Shown here: positions 24,865-37,980 of the stretch, one piece after another
Layout: the number at the start of each line of letters is the position of its first letter
Position numbering within the stretch: the first letter of the stretch is position 1
Source: Dipteris shenzhenensis
Lineage: Eukaryota
Assembly (NCBI GenBank): GCA_047967505.1
Contig: CM106538.1
Reading direction: 5' to 3' (one strand)
DNA length: 64,000 nucleotides
Notes under the pieces: model-generated
Databases searched by the model: none
What the model saw: only the letters and a program-made list of their open reading frames with translations
Told to the model about the DNA's origin: nothing
Position numbers and translations under genes: made by a program

Positions 24865-27310
24865 GGTGTAAGAAATGTACTCAAAGTGTCGTGAAAATCA
24901 CCATCTGTATCAACCGCAAAACATTGACTATGGCAAGTGAAATCTGAATTGTCAGTGAAGGTAGAACTACAATATATAATCCAATTTGAATTACAAGGCC
25001 TGTGGTAAATGATGCCGAGAATAGCCAAGAGGCTTTACAAGACTGAAATAAAGTGCACAATCCCATGAAATAGCAGAATAGGCTTTACAATGATGGCATG
25101 TGTGTGTGAAATCAAATTATGTGCTATCTACCCCACTGATCAATTGGCAATGCCTCTGAACACTTTGAAGTCTACTCTCACTAAACTAATGAACGTCAAG
25201 TTTCAGGTAATGTGATGATGTGAAACCGTATGTGAGTATAGGGACTGACTCTGAGTAGGAGCTAGTTGGGAAATTTGGCCATGGCTTAGATTGGCAACTT
25301 GGAGAAATTCAAAGCCCTTTTAAAGTGTCTCCTCTATGGCAATCTAGTCTACTCTGATCTAGATCTATACTAATTGTTGATCGATGAAAGAACAACAAAT
25401 AATTTCTTTTCTTTGGTTCTTTTTTATGTGCTGGGTCAGATGCGTCAATGTAGAGGCTGATGTACATGTAGGAAGTGGATTTGTTGGCGAGGCTCAAAAG
25501 TGAGTGATACTTGTGCCAAAATGTGCATGTGATGTAATGAGCACATAGAGCACAAAAAATCAATCATTTCACCTTTTCGTAGCACCATCAAATTCCTCCT
25601 GGATCAAGAGATATGACTTGATCTAGGTGGAGGGGCAAAAAAGAGTGAAATGGTGATGTGGCATTGTGAGTCACATGCAAAAAAAGAAGACTGTGCCTAG
25701 GAAGCATTGTGTGATGATGTGGTGTCAATTGGGTGCACATGTAGTGACTGTGTGTGCCTGGCAGGGAGGTCACTATGCTTGATGATGTGGATGATGATGT
25801 GGCATGTTGACTGGTTAACCTACTGACATGGTAGTTGACTGGGCTAGTTGACATGGCTGAGGTGACCTGGTTGCTAATGTGTCAGTATAGATAAGCATGA
25901 TGTGGCAGTCGACTACCATGTGGATTGCCAAGTGTCACGATAAGATGGTGTGTCACCGTGTGGCTGAGTTGGTGACATGGCCCTAGCGGATTGAGTGCCA
26001 AGTGGCCACTGTATGGTGATGCCACGTGTTGACACCTTGTGGAGATAAGGTCAAAATCTTGCTGGAGTGTCAGAATCTTTCAAAGATTCCATTGACAAGG
26101 ATTCTGTTGGTGGATGAAGGAGCCTCATGGGTCAATGCACCGGTTGTAGCATGTGTGTGCCGCTTGGCATTGAAGAAGTTTTGTCGCCCGTTGTGTGTAG
26201 GAGATCTTTGGCGGGCTTCTCACTGCATGTAGGGAAGGCAAGCATCTATGAGGCTACTAGGAGGACATATGTGGTCGATGGAGGGAGCCATGAGCTCTGC
26301 ATAGATGGCACTTTATGTTTGGAGGTAGAGGTTGGGGGCTCACTGGAGAGCCTTGGAGATGCCCGGGTCTATGTGATGGGATGCTGCAAGTGTTTCAAGG
26401 CTATGCGATTGAAGGAGGCGCCTTTGATGGAGCTCACTAGTTGGCAGTTGGTTGAGCATGAAGAAATTGTTGTCGTCAGCCTGTTTGCTGTGGTCGCTTA
26501 GCATCAATGGAGCCTGGAGCTGCCATTTGATGGAGATCCACGTGAGGAAGAGCTCGTTTGTTGTGCACCATTGTAAAGTCTTGTTGGAGGTGTCATGAGC
26601 AGTGGAAGTCCGCTTGGTCTGCCTATGCAGAGTAGTCACTCATTGGTGGGTTGGAACGATAGGCTACTGGAGCCATGGTCGTAGATGGAGCTCATAGGTT
26701 CTGCTTTGCTTATGGTCGTTGCGACAACCGTGTGCTGGAGTCATGAAGGGTGAGCACAAGGGGATGCAGAGGCTGGTTGTTAAGAGTCAGCTGTGGATGT
26801 CATGATGGAGAAGCCACTCTATCGATAGAGCCAGTTGAAAGCCACCAGCCAGCTAGCTTGCAGAAGTTGGAGACTTGGTCGACCTTCGTTGTGCCATTGT
26901 AGCTAGAGCTGGAAGGAAGGAGTCACCTTGTACGTTGCTCTCTCAAACTTGCTTGATCGAGGTGTGGAGCTTAGTGGCACAGTCCTCAGTTGTGGAGCTT
27001 AGTGGCAAGCTCTCTCTCTCTCTTTCATTGAATAGAGAGTAGACTTATCTCTCTCAACAATCTTAGAGAACTATCTCACAATTTCTTTGTCTCAATGGAA
27101 ACACCTCTCTCTCATATGAATCTCTCACAGAGATGAATAGATCTAATGAGCTATAAGCTCTAAATCAAAGAATAGAAACTCTCTCTCTCAAGGACAGAAT
27201 GAATGGACGAAATTTTATCTCAACAGAAGAGAATGGATGCCACTCAATCGCTCTCTCTTGAACGATGATCTCGATTCCTTAGTGGAAGGCAGAACCATGC
27301 TTTGATACCA

Positions 27311-27541
27311 TGACAAAATATGAAGAGGGGAGAGGAGAAGAGTGGAGATGAGGAGAGAGGGCATATCTAGAGAGCATACCACAAATGACCAATTGTACAC
27401 TAGATTTAGTTAAAAACGTAGAATATATACAAAACCATTTAGAGTTAAGGTTAGGGAATCTAGCCCTTTCCTTTATAGCACTCTATATGTGTTAGTGCTA
27501 TGCACATATAATCACATGATGTTGAGCGTGGTCTCTCAACA
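27311..27541 (-). repeat. 5' LTR of the Copia (231 bp)
   Basis: Adjacent to the PBS; followed by TSD ATGGG. Confidence 0.95.
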
Positions 27542-28619
27542 ATGGGACCCTCACAAGAACCTGCTGTGCTCAAAGGGAAGGATGAGGCTCGTTGGGTTCC
27601 GAAATGCATCCCCTAAATCTCATCCTTTCCTTCTACTTTGACACCAACACTCAACACAGTAGACCCACGAGAACCTGTCCCTAAAATGATGACAGACCCA
27701 CAAGAACCTCCGTTATTCCTGTGCTGCAACCACCGGATGAAAATACTAACTCCCTCACAACAATCTTTGGATCTTGATAGATTCCTGCAAGTTTATGCTA
27801 AGCTTCAAGTAGTGCTACAATCAGTTAAAGAAGGCACCAATGAACAAGCAACACCACTTTTGCAAGCTTCCCAAACACTCTTTATAGGCACGCTAAGCAA
27901 GTACGCCACATGGAGAGATGCAAGGTATTCTAAATCTTAAGGTTTTCAATCCATCATCCATGCACGGGGTTTAGGTGAGAATAGAGAGTCAACATCATAG
28001 GTAAGAAGAGGGTATGGTCCATGCCACATTATCTTCTGCCATTCCTTGTCAAGTCCTCCACTCCATGGGTTCAGTCCATCTCCACTAGGTGACTAGGCTC
28101 CACAGGTTCACTCACAATCAATTCACCAAGTCACTCACTCACCAACACATGGCTAGGGTCACATCATAATACTTTCAACTTCCACAGCCACATCATCCAT
28201 ACCACTTCACATGCACTTGCACACACTTAGGTGAAGCCTAGAGAAGTTTGTTAGGTAGTCAAATTCCTCATCAGAGCCCATAAAATTGAGTTACTGCTAT
28301 AACAATAACATAACGAGACTAATAATTCGACAACTGACTACTTTGTTGCATTGCTATACGAATAATGCAATGATTCCCCACCCGTTGCTCTAAATATAAA
28401 GCCAGCACTACCATATTAATGCCACCCACTACTTTATTGATAACGGCCCCATCTCTAATATAGTGATACGCCATCCCACTAACGCCGATCGTTGCTTTAA
28501 TAAAGCTAATCGATGCTACAATAATGCTTATGCTGCTTTATTAATGCTGAGTCCGTGCTATATTTTCTTGCTAAATGCCAATCGCTGCACTATTGCTAAA
28601 GCTAACTGGCTGCTTTAAC

Positions 28620-30900
28620 AGGTCCCCTATATAAACATCCACCCTCATTCTGAAGGACCTCACTTGCACTTGTACAGAAACTCTGCCAAATTTTCTTTCA
28701 AATTCTTTATCGCTGTCAAACACTCTCGAAATCACTTTCGCTCAACATCACATTGCATGTCCACCACCTCCTCGCACTCCATCAGCATCCATGACCTCTT
28801 TTTCACTGAAGAACTAATCAATGAAGTGTCATCTACCGTCCCCCACTCTGCCACACATTCATCTTCACATACCATCTCCGTGCCACTACCCAATCAGATG
28901 GAGCAGGAACATTATGCTTAGGAAGCCACCCACGAGCTCGAATCCTCAACACTCAACCACTTGTATGCTCTGCAAGCGCCGCATCCTAGACACCGCTGAT
29001 GTCCGAAACTTTTCATTGCATGTGGTCTAGTCACCCAATTCTCACCTCTTGGGCAAGACTGGCTTGAACAGCTATAGGGGTTGGTGATCCATTCACAGTT
29101 CAAATGCAATGCCAAACTTTACCGGCTCTACTATCAAAATGACGTAGCCTACTAGGCGCTCTAACACCCAGAGGTGGTGCCTTACATCCGACCAGTGGGA
29201 CTGCAAATGGTCACCAACAACTGATTTCCCTGCCACCTCAATTCTCCGCTAGGCAGTGGAATTCATCAACTGTTTCAATCAAGCGACATGCACCACCAAC
29301 TAGCTACATGCTGACGGAGATTATCATTACTACCGATTCATGGTAGAAATAGTTTAGCACGCCTTCAATCTCCTGGGACACCCCCTACCATTTGCCAAGC
29401 TACGGGCTGTGGAGAAGCAGTTGGCCATAGTGGTCGACTACAATTCAAAAGTACACATGGGAGGAGTCCCCATCAACCTCATCAAGGACGTAGCACTGGC
29501 TCGGATAGCTCGCGCTATCACCTTATTAGTGTAGATCTAGCTCACAGAGCATCGCACCGTGGTGCTTCCAAATTTTCTGGCTCATCTCCACAAGCCTGAA
29601 CCCACAAATCGGGCCGATTTCTTCTACACAGAAATCATCAGTATCTGCATGCATGCATGCATGGCAAAAAGATCGGAAACCCAATGTTCTTGATGCCCAT
29701 CATACAACACCTATCCGATGATCCCATTTCGGATGATTATGGTGATGCAAAAAGAGACATTGGTCTACTCGTAGCTCCCTCCACCAGATTGATGTCGAAA
29801 AGCCCTCATCGAAAAGGAGAAGAGATGAGCAAAGCAAGAAGGTACAAGAGGAAGTAGCTGCCAAAAAGCAGCAAGGCGAAGAGGCTGCACACAGACTTCG
29901 GGAGGAAGAGGAGGCCCAAAGACAATGGGAAGTGGCCCAAAAATAGCGACAGGACCTCCAACTGCAAGAGGAAATCGAACGGCTCCGCACAGAGGAAGAG
30001 TAGAAGAAGCCTGCAGATATTGCTGAATGTCTGTGTCATGAACATAAGTTGAAGAGGCCTAATTGGCCAAGGAGAAGACATAACGGATCTTACACAGGAG
30101 CCACAAGAGCCCAACCCCCATTGACCACCTACATCTACCCCAAGCTAGCAGCCTCTCCAACCCCCATTCTCCCTAATGTCTGTTAGTAGGCCATGGAGTT
30201 TTGCACCTCTAGTGCCTACACTTCACCCTCACTTCACAAGAGGAGTACAAAAAGTTGTTAATGGAAGACAACAAGGATGCAAGCAAGGAGATGGCCTTCA
30301 TGGACTCCATCATGGCTTTGACATCCACTGCCAAGAACATTCTCCAATGGGACAAGAAATTTTAATGTGACACAACTTCATCGCATTACAAACCCACGAA
30401 AGGCTCCAATAGATGGAAGTAGCTCTCCAAAAGGAGAAAGCAGAGCACCTAATGGTAGAGGCTAGGGGGCTCCAAGCAATTGAAGTCAGTAAGAAGTTGG
30501 AACAAGAGCTCTAATGGACTCAAGAAGACCTGGCCATAGAACACTCCCACACCGATACCCTCCAGATAGACTTCGAGGCTTTATAGAGACAAGCCATGCT
30601 GGACCAACAGTAGCATGCCCGAGTCACGGAGGAAGAAAGAGCCCTAGAGCTCAAGTGTAGCACTAGGCCACACTAATATACTAGCTATATGTAGCTGCCC
30701 AACAACGTGAACAACAAATCCTTATAGTCTAGGTGGACCTCCATGTAGCTCGAGCGCCAACCCTTCCACAAGAAGAACCGGGTCTTATCCCCACGAGAGG
30801 TTGCTAGAAGTGTCATTCCGTGCCTCCATCCTTTGTTTCACCTCACGCATCGTCCGTGAAACATTTACCTACTTCTTACACATAGTAGCCGCCGCCGTTC
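28620..30900 (+). pseudogene. Decayed transposon-type accessory ORF (TATA, globular segment, then E/Q/K-rich coiled-coil)
   Basis: CCCCTATATAAAC at ~28624; stop-riddled frame reading SPLAVEFINCFNQATC...YRFMVEIV*HAFNL; GAG/GAA/CAA-rich tract at 29800-30700. Family assignment is inference only. Confidence 0.35.
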
Positions 30901-32297
30901 TCCCACACGATATACTTTTTGGACAACACCCTCACACTGGATGACCTTGAAGAGGTTTTTTGCCACTCTACCACCCAAGCCCATCCAATCATTGCTATGG
31001 TGTATTTCCATGAGGATATAGTCTTGGATGTTGATATGGACATCCTCACACTCTTTTACCACCCCGTTGCATATAACGCCATGGCATGGACTTGAGTGTT
31101 ACAGGACTCCGTAGACTTCACCATGGCTATGCCTCTTCTAGATATCATCAAGCCCTTAGCCTTAGAAGACCCTTGCAATCCAAAAATCCTTTGTAAAAGT
31201 CTTGAAAGGATGCAAGGTTATGGTAGAAATGATGCCAAGTTTATATTCCACCGCTTGTTCAGGACAGCTAGTGAAAGATATCCCCCTATCGGCATCATCA
31301 TATTGTACAATAATATACCCCAAGCCCTTCAAAACATGATTCAAACTGGCATAAGTTAGTTTGATGATTCACATGTGGCATACCCTACCAATGTACAACT
31401 CGATGATATGGATGCGGCTTGGAACCTTTTTTCTTCGGCCCCACAACTGCCATTGCCCTTACATCCTAACACAACACTTGGCATAGGCCCCAACTCTACT
31501 GTCATGGGGATCCACACAAGAACAGGCCCACCTCATAGCCCCCCACATCACAGCATGGCACAACGGACACGTAATATCAACCTCTTGAGCAGGAGGGACC
31601 AGAAGACATGGGGACCAAACATTGGTACAACATACGCAAACCCATGCTCTTCTCAGATGTGTAAGGGACCTATGAAGAAGAGGGTCAAGAAGAAGTGGAC
31701 CAACACCCACAGGATGAACACCAACAACTATAAGATGAAGAAGACCAACAACTATAGGACACCACTCCCGACCATGATACATGGTATAATGCTATTACTT
31801 CTTTCCGTATGGTCGAGGATGTGGCGGACATCAATAGATGAAAAGGAAAGCTGTAGAATTTCCACCTCACCTGTAAAGACATCATGGAGGTGCGAGCTCA
31901 TTGAGCTCATCCAACGCAGCTTCTAGAAATGGCAGTAAGGGAATGCTCGGTATACATGGGGCGGATACAGCCGGCTAGACTACAACCAAGTACCTCGCAC
32001 AGACATTGATGCAGGTCTACAACCTCAATGGCGGATCCCATTTTTCGAAGCACACAACATTTAGGCGAACATACCATTGCGCAGGCCTAGAACAGCAGAT
32101 CAACCCCCCTTACGTGCCACTATGTCCGGATGGAGTTGGCCGAATTTTGAAAAGATGCAAACATTAGATCCAAATATAGCATACAACTTACCACGGTTTG
32201 ACTTTTCAAAAGTTGGCTCTTTCTTAGCACTGGCTGCTCAGATGGAGGAGTTTAACAATACTTTCACCTTAGTCCCTAATCTTATAGTAATTGCAAT

Positions 32298-32430
32298 TTG
32301 CTATGATGCATTTCTTTCAACTGCTGATCCGTTTGCTAAGGGACCTTCTTGCTACAATGCATTTCTTCCAACTTGCTACTATGATGCATTTCTTCCGACT
32401 ATTGATCCTTTTGCTAAGGGACCTACTTGC
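32298..32430. repeat. Short imperfect tandem repeat
   Basis: TTGCTA(T/C)(G/A)ATGCATTTCTT(T/C)C(A/G)ACT occurs three times and TGATCC(G/T)TTTGCTAAGGGACCT twice. Confidence 0.8.
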
Positions 32431-32669
32431 ACTCGCTCTGCCGGCTAAAGAGTATCATCAGTGGCTCTATACCGAAATTGTATTCAACTTGAATGAGGGT
32501 CCCTTATTCCCTTAGGTAATGTGACTCTATGCATGTGTCCACAAAATAACTTGGTTATGAATACAAAGGAAGTGAAGCAAGATTTCATTGACTTTGTGGC
32601 ATCTAGTATACAAGAGATCATGTCATAGAATATGAACATAAGGATATACATTTTTCTTAGCAAATAGTT

Positions 32670-33130
32670 CATTTCATGGCTATAGTGTCTTTGTTCTCAA
32701 CTAAAGCAAAATGCAGAGCTTTAACAATAGGTACATGTAAAGCTATTTGCCTTAGAAAATTGTTGTCAAAGAATATTTTAATGAAAATTAATCAATGACA
32801 ATCTATTGCGACAATCAATAAGCACAATCATAAGCATAAGCATAAGCTTAAGTTAAGTCCCTAGTTTATCATTTCGAAGCGTGGTGATGTCAAAGAGAAC
32901 ATCATTAGATAAAGGATGCAAATTGGTGACATACCATTATCGAATCGTGATAGCAAAGGCAATAGTTCATATATTATTATCAACCCTCTTGATCACTATA
33001 ATTATTTGAAAAGGATCAACAAGCACTTGGTTTGACATAAAGAAATGACATTCCCATTAAGGGGAAGTAATGGAAGAGTATCAGTTTGACCTTCTTCAAA
33101 CCCTAAGTTCATCATCTTGAGGGAATAGAA
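32670..33130 (+). mobile_element. Decayed Copia RNase H / 3' end fragment related to the 20205-27541 family
   Basis: Reads SLFSTKAKCRALTIGTCKAICLRKLL, IYCDNQ and QQALGLT*RNDIPIKGK, matching SLSSTEAEYRALTIGACEAIWLKRLL...HQQALGLTQRKDIPMKGV. Confidence 0.8.
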
Positions 33131-33699
33131 TGGAGCATCAAGGTCAAAATCAATGTGATTGTATGTATATTTTTTTGATGACCTAATCTGACTATTTAAA
33201 AGGGCCTAAAAGGTAGCCATATGATATTACACTCATCATGATCTCCATCATCACTATGGTTTGCAAGGCCAATATTATCTTCCTCCTCCTCATCCTCCCT
33301 AAAGCTGTTGCCTTCTCATTCCCACGTGTTAGGATTATTTGGATTGATTGCATAGTGCGAGGAACTTCTTCACATGGGTTGGAATCAAGAGCCACATTAC
33401 CAGTCCATTCAAAGCATGCTCCTCATATCCCTTGTCTCCTAGCATATTATGATTACAATAAGGAGAGACAAGTTATAGGAGCTAAAGTTAGTGGATTTGA
33501 GCACCTAAGTTGGTTGTGCTGGAATCCTCTTAATCAAGGAGCATACAAGCTCGCATCTAGGCACCATTGTCATTCACCACTTCCATGCAAGTGTAGTTTT
33601 AGCCAAACCTTGCACATTGACGATGCAAATAATGCATTGAGTTTTGATTAGCTCACTACATTTAGCAAACTCCTCATTGTATGCATGATAGGTGCGTAC

Positions 33700-34750
33700 A
33701 ACCTTATAAAACTCATTGATATTTCATAATTGTAGATAAAGGAAGTATCCAACGCTATTCAATTGACTATGGGTTCGCTCCCATCACTTTCTAAAGAAAG
33801 TCCATAGGTCCCTACATAGTATAACATCGAATAGTCTTCTCACACCTTGCTCGTCTAGTAGCATCACATTCTTAGGAATGAGAGCTAGTCCCTATTCCAG
33901 AAGTGCATGCAAGCTTCCTAATGGTTGGGTCCTTTGATTCTAGAGCTCTCAAAACAAACATGATGGCCTTCATGGCATCCTAAAAAGGCTTCAATAATGA
34001 AATGGACCCTATTGATTGCTTGACCTCATCCACTCATCTTTTGTTACTCTAGTAATAAGCTCAAATATCCAAGGTCTTATTCTTAATCAACGATTGCAAT
34101 ATATAAAAGTGCATGCAAAACCTTGTAGGGGCAGCAAGCAATGGTAACACAGTGGATCCATCCCTTGACATGAATATCATCTCTAGCTGTTGTTTTGATC
34201 ATTTGAACTTTATAATCTCAGGCATCATTCACAATATTCTTAAACCATGATATTGCCATAGTATATTCAAGTTGTCTTTACACACGTGAATGCACACTGT
34301 CCACGATCACTTGCACAATGTTGTAATGGGCCTTCTCTCTTATAGTATATGCTATTATACTTGCTATGTGAAACCCTAAATTACTTTCAAATTTCAAATC
34401 AGTTATAAGTCCTCCACTCTTGGTGATACAATCATACATTCAATAATGGGCATTGCTTTTACATTTGTCTAGTGGTCAGAGATAACTATGTACCTCATGT
34501 TACGCAAGAGTAAAAAAATATTATGATTAATGCGATCTTTCTTCTCACCAGATGCATTTTATTTACTTACCCATATCTTGGATCATTAATAGGCTCCATG
34601 TCTTCATCCTCTATCAAGAAAATTTTCCCATTTCAAGGCCAACTTAATGATACATCTAGAAACTTAACTTCTTGTCTTAGCAATGGAATGAACTCACTTT
34701 TTAGCAATTTCTTGCCACAAGTTCAACCATTGGCTAAGTTAGCTTGGTAG
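33700..34750 (-). pseudogene. Decayed hAT-superfamily transposase (DUF659-type) remnant
   Basis: Minus-strand motifs in the correct order: YIVISDH*TNVKAMPIIECMIVSPR (cf. GCTIVSDGWT...PLIN), WTVCIH...SWFKNIVNDA (cf. WTPCAAH), LLAAPTRF...ILQSLIKNK (cf. RPA.TRF), and WERTHSQLNSVGYFL (cf. W...HRPLHAAGYFLNP). Confidence 0.65.
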
Positions 34751-35250
34751 CCTTTTGAAAATAGTACAACTAATATATTGCTCTATTAGCATAATCCAAA
34801 ATGCTTTCACATAGAGATTGCCCTAATGCAAGTAGCAAGTTTGACACATGCTTATAAATGTTGTCTCAAACTATTCAATCAAATTATGTAAGTAATTTCC
34901 AATTGCATTTAATAGTAGGGGGCAAACATTTACATCATATTAATACTAATCCTTAATACTAAAGGGGTAGAATTTCTAACTATAATGCCTCCATTTAATT
35001 ACCATGGAACACACAATACAATGTTAACTCCCAAAAAACCTTCCCTATATCTTGATCATCACATTTGGTAAATGCTTGAAAAGTTACCATGTCACACCTT
35101 GTCCAGCCCTTCATGGACCACCAAAGCCTTCATTTAGCCCCTACAAGATTGCACACCACCTAGTCTAGTCACACTAATCACCTACAAGGTTGCTCTAGCC
35201 ACAATGTGATTTATCCCTGGGGTGCCAACTCAATATATAATATGTTACTA

Positions 35251-35472
35251 CCCTCATCCAAAATCCAAGGCATGGGGGGACAAGGTCCATAAATAATATG
35301 CATGGATTTCCTTAAAAATTTTGAAATATGCAAGGGAGAAATATGAAAATTTCATGTTGCCCCTCCCACAAAATACAAGGTATATACCTTGAAAAATATG
35401 CAAGATTTTAAGATTTGTACATATTTTTCATAATATGTGAGGCCCAGGGGGGGGGGGCCTTTTGGATGAGGG
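35251..35472. mobile_element. Possible MITE
   Basis: 13-bp perfect inverted repeat CCCTCATCCAAAA / TTTTGGATGAGGG enclosing ~200 bp with repeated AAATATG; TSD not convincing. Confidence 0.35.
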
Positions 35473-37559
35473 GGGTTGAAACAAAAAATACACTAAAATA
35501 TGAAAACCCTTCTCCTTTCAAATGAATGTAACTTTTTCATGTGTTACCCAAATTTCAGCCTGCACATAGGCCAGCCACCACTACATCATCATGAGGATTG
35601 TAACAATAGGTTCCAGGCAAATTGTATAGGGGAAGCAAAATGAGGTGGAGCCGGGATGGAAGTAAGAGAAAAAGAGGAGATGTCAAGGATAAATCATCAT
35701 GGGTAACAGACGAAAAGAAAAGCTGATGGGTTTGTTAGCTGCTTTAATGCCTTGCAACACTCTCAAATTTCAGCAAATCTCAATGATCCTTGTGTTCTCA
35801 TTTGGGTGCCTATTTTCCAAGCCAAAGAACCTCTATCTTTGAGGTGGGCGTCACGGAAATGTGCTCTAATCTTCTTGGAGTACCTTTTTTTCTCCTTTCT
35901 TTTTTCTTTTGTAATTCCCTGACATGGCTTAGAGCCACATTCCATAAGTGCAGGTCCCCCAAGGAGGGCAAGCATATCTCTCTTGAGAGTGGGAGAGGGT
36001 TTACCCTCCCCTCTTGTATGGGATCCAAGGGCAACCATAGGGTCTTGCTAGAATGGCCTTGAAGGAGTATGGCAAGGGAGGGAGACATGCATACAAAGTG
36101 CAAGTGAGAGCATTGATATGTAATTTATGCAATATCATTATGGAATATAGACTCTAGAGACTTAAGTGAAAATTGGAACCTAAATGCCCAAAATTCCAAA
36201 TGCCCAAACCAATAGGCCAAAACCTAGCCTTCACGAGAGCCACTGGTGGTCGAGATCATCACTTTTTATCATTAGTAGGTTGTTTGATTGGTGGATTTAG
36301 TCCTAAAGACAACATAGTGAGGGCGGGGACACACTGACCAATGCTCGCTCACATGGGAGAAGGACATGCGCTATGTGGTTACACACCAAGTGGATAGCAG
36401 TATCACTTAATGGAAGTGATGATGGCACTTCAAGATGATGGACACCTTGGGACACTTCTTGTTGATGGGATCTTGGCTTTGTCATCCCATTTCATGCATA
36501 GGTGGGAAGGGCACTCCCCATTTTACAGAATGATTCGCGAGTGCACATGTGGTGGCTATATCAGAGCACGCCCCTTCTCTTGTGTGGGCAACATTGGTTC
36601 ATAAATACCTTGAGGTTTTAGACACCTTGGTGGAAGTGGCTCCCTACAGGGAACCCTATGGCCCATGGCTCCAATTATCCTTTCCGTTTGGATTCACACC
36701 TCCCACCACCATCTCCAAAGTTTGTGTGAAGGGATGCCATCCTACTTGGTAGATTTGTATTTGGCCCATGAAGGCCACTGACTCTATGGCCAACTCCTCC
36801 AACCCTACATGATTGGCCCATTCCATCTCCTCAAACCGCTACACCAATCACATGGTGGTGACATAAATGAGAAACCTAATGATCGCCACCATACGTAGTT
36901 GCCATCCTTCAATTCTATTTCCTCCTCCATGGGGGCGGGTGGTCTGCATTCACCCATATTGTCAATGGCAATGTTTGGTGGAAAGTAACTCTCGCATTCC
37001 ACGAGTTGGAAAGGGACGCACGATGCGATTTCTAATCGACACATGGAGAATCTGACAACACCACCATGCCACGTAATCTCCTCATCTCCACATCATCTCT
37101 CCAGTTCGCTGCCGCGTCGCTCATCTCACACTTTGCCTTGCCATCATTACGTCAGTGTGGTGTTGCAAAAAACACTAGCTCTCGTCTGCCGCCGAATTGC
37201 CATATCATCATGCACCGCATCGTTTGAACTCCGAGCCAGCCCGAGTAACTCATAGTAAAACACTACCGCTGCTAGAAAATCCCTCTCCCACCGGCCTTGG
37301 ATGGTTGGAAATGCCTATCAGGAAACTGTCGAGAAAAGTGGCTTGCAGCCTCGGAGCGGCTCGCTTGCCCCAAGAAAGGGGTCCCAAGGCAATTTGCCTC
37401 CAACCGTCAAGGGCCGAGGTTGCTGGAAGAGCGATCTCCACTATTAGATGAAGGACCCTTCCAAATCAAAAGGAAGGTAAAAAGGCATGGTAAAAACACC
37501 ACCGGAAACTCTAGCAATTCCAAACCAAGAAAATGACTCGGGATGCATTTACCCATCAA

Positions 37560-37575
37560 CACGTGCTGACACGTT
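37560..37575 (+). promoter_or_regulatory. Paired ACGT-core elements (G-box CACGTG plus GACACGTT) upstream of the Harbinger-like gene
   Basis: CACGTG at 37560-37565 and GACACGTT at 37568-37575; more ACGT cores at 37071 and 37149. Function is inferred. Confidence 0.35.
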
Positions 37576-37923
37576 GCCAAAACTCCTCACGCATTTACCA
37601 ACACCACGGCACGAGTAATTTGCAGTAATTACTATGCGACCCGCTCCCTCTGGCCCTCGACAGCCGGGAAAGGGCCTTAGTCGCCCTTTTCCGGCCTTAA
37701 GACCATGGTAAAACTCTTGTACCTCATGTGCTTGGAGTGGCCTTTAATTGTTGTTGTTCTTCTTCTTGTGTATCATGATCATCATCATCTTTTTCTTCTC
37801 TTCTTTGTCACTTCTATCATCTTCTTTTTCTTCTTCTTCTTGTTCATCTTCTTCACAGAATCAGCAGCTCTGCAAGCATCCTTTGCCACAATCCTCCTCC
37901 TCCTCCTCCTCCTCGTCCTTCCT

Positions 37924-37930
37924 TATAAAA
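37924..37930 (+). promoter_or_regulatory. Candidate TATA box
   Basis: TATAAAA about 50 bp upstream of the ATG at 37981, after CT-rich tracts. Confidence 0.45.
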
Positions 37931-37980
37931 GCGTCAAATTTACCTGTTCAAGCATCACTCTGATCTATCTCGCCATTACC

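Larger units (their letters stand above)
20205..27541 (-). mobile_element. Full-length, decayed Ty1/Copia LTR retrotransposon
   Basis: LTRs 20205-20433 and 27311-27541 (about 15 substitutions plus a 2-bp indel). TSD ATGGG at 20200-20204 and 27542-27546. PBS TGGTATCAAAGC (27299-27310). PPT GAGGGAAGG (20434-20442). Order gag-PR-IN-RT-RH. Confidence 0.95.

Noticed and set aside
36240-37040. Possible LINE remnant (also 17340-17990 and 42500-43000)
   Set aside because: Coding-like texture, but I could not read any diagnostic RT or endonuclease motif.
37705-37980. 92-aa hydrophobic N-terminal extension of the Harbinger-like ORF (would suggest a membrane-anchored transposase)
   Set aside because: It is the translation of CTT/CCT/CAT microsatellite-like DNA and contains a TATA-like box, so ATG 37981 is the more plausible start. 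Only 5' RACE or Ribo-seq can exclude it fully.
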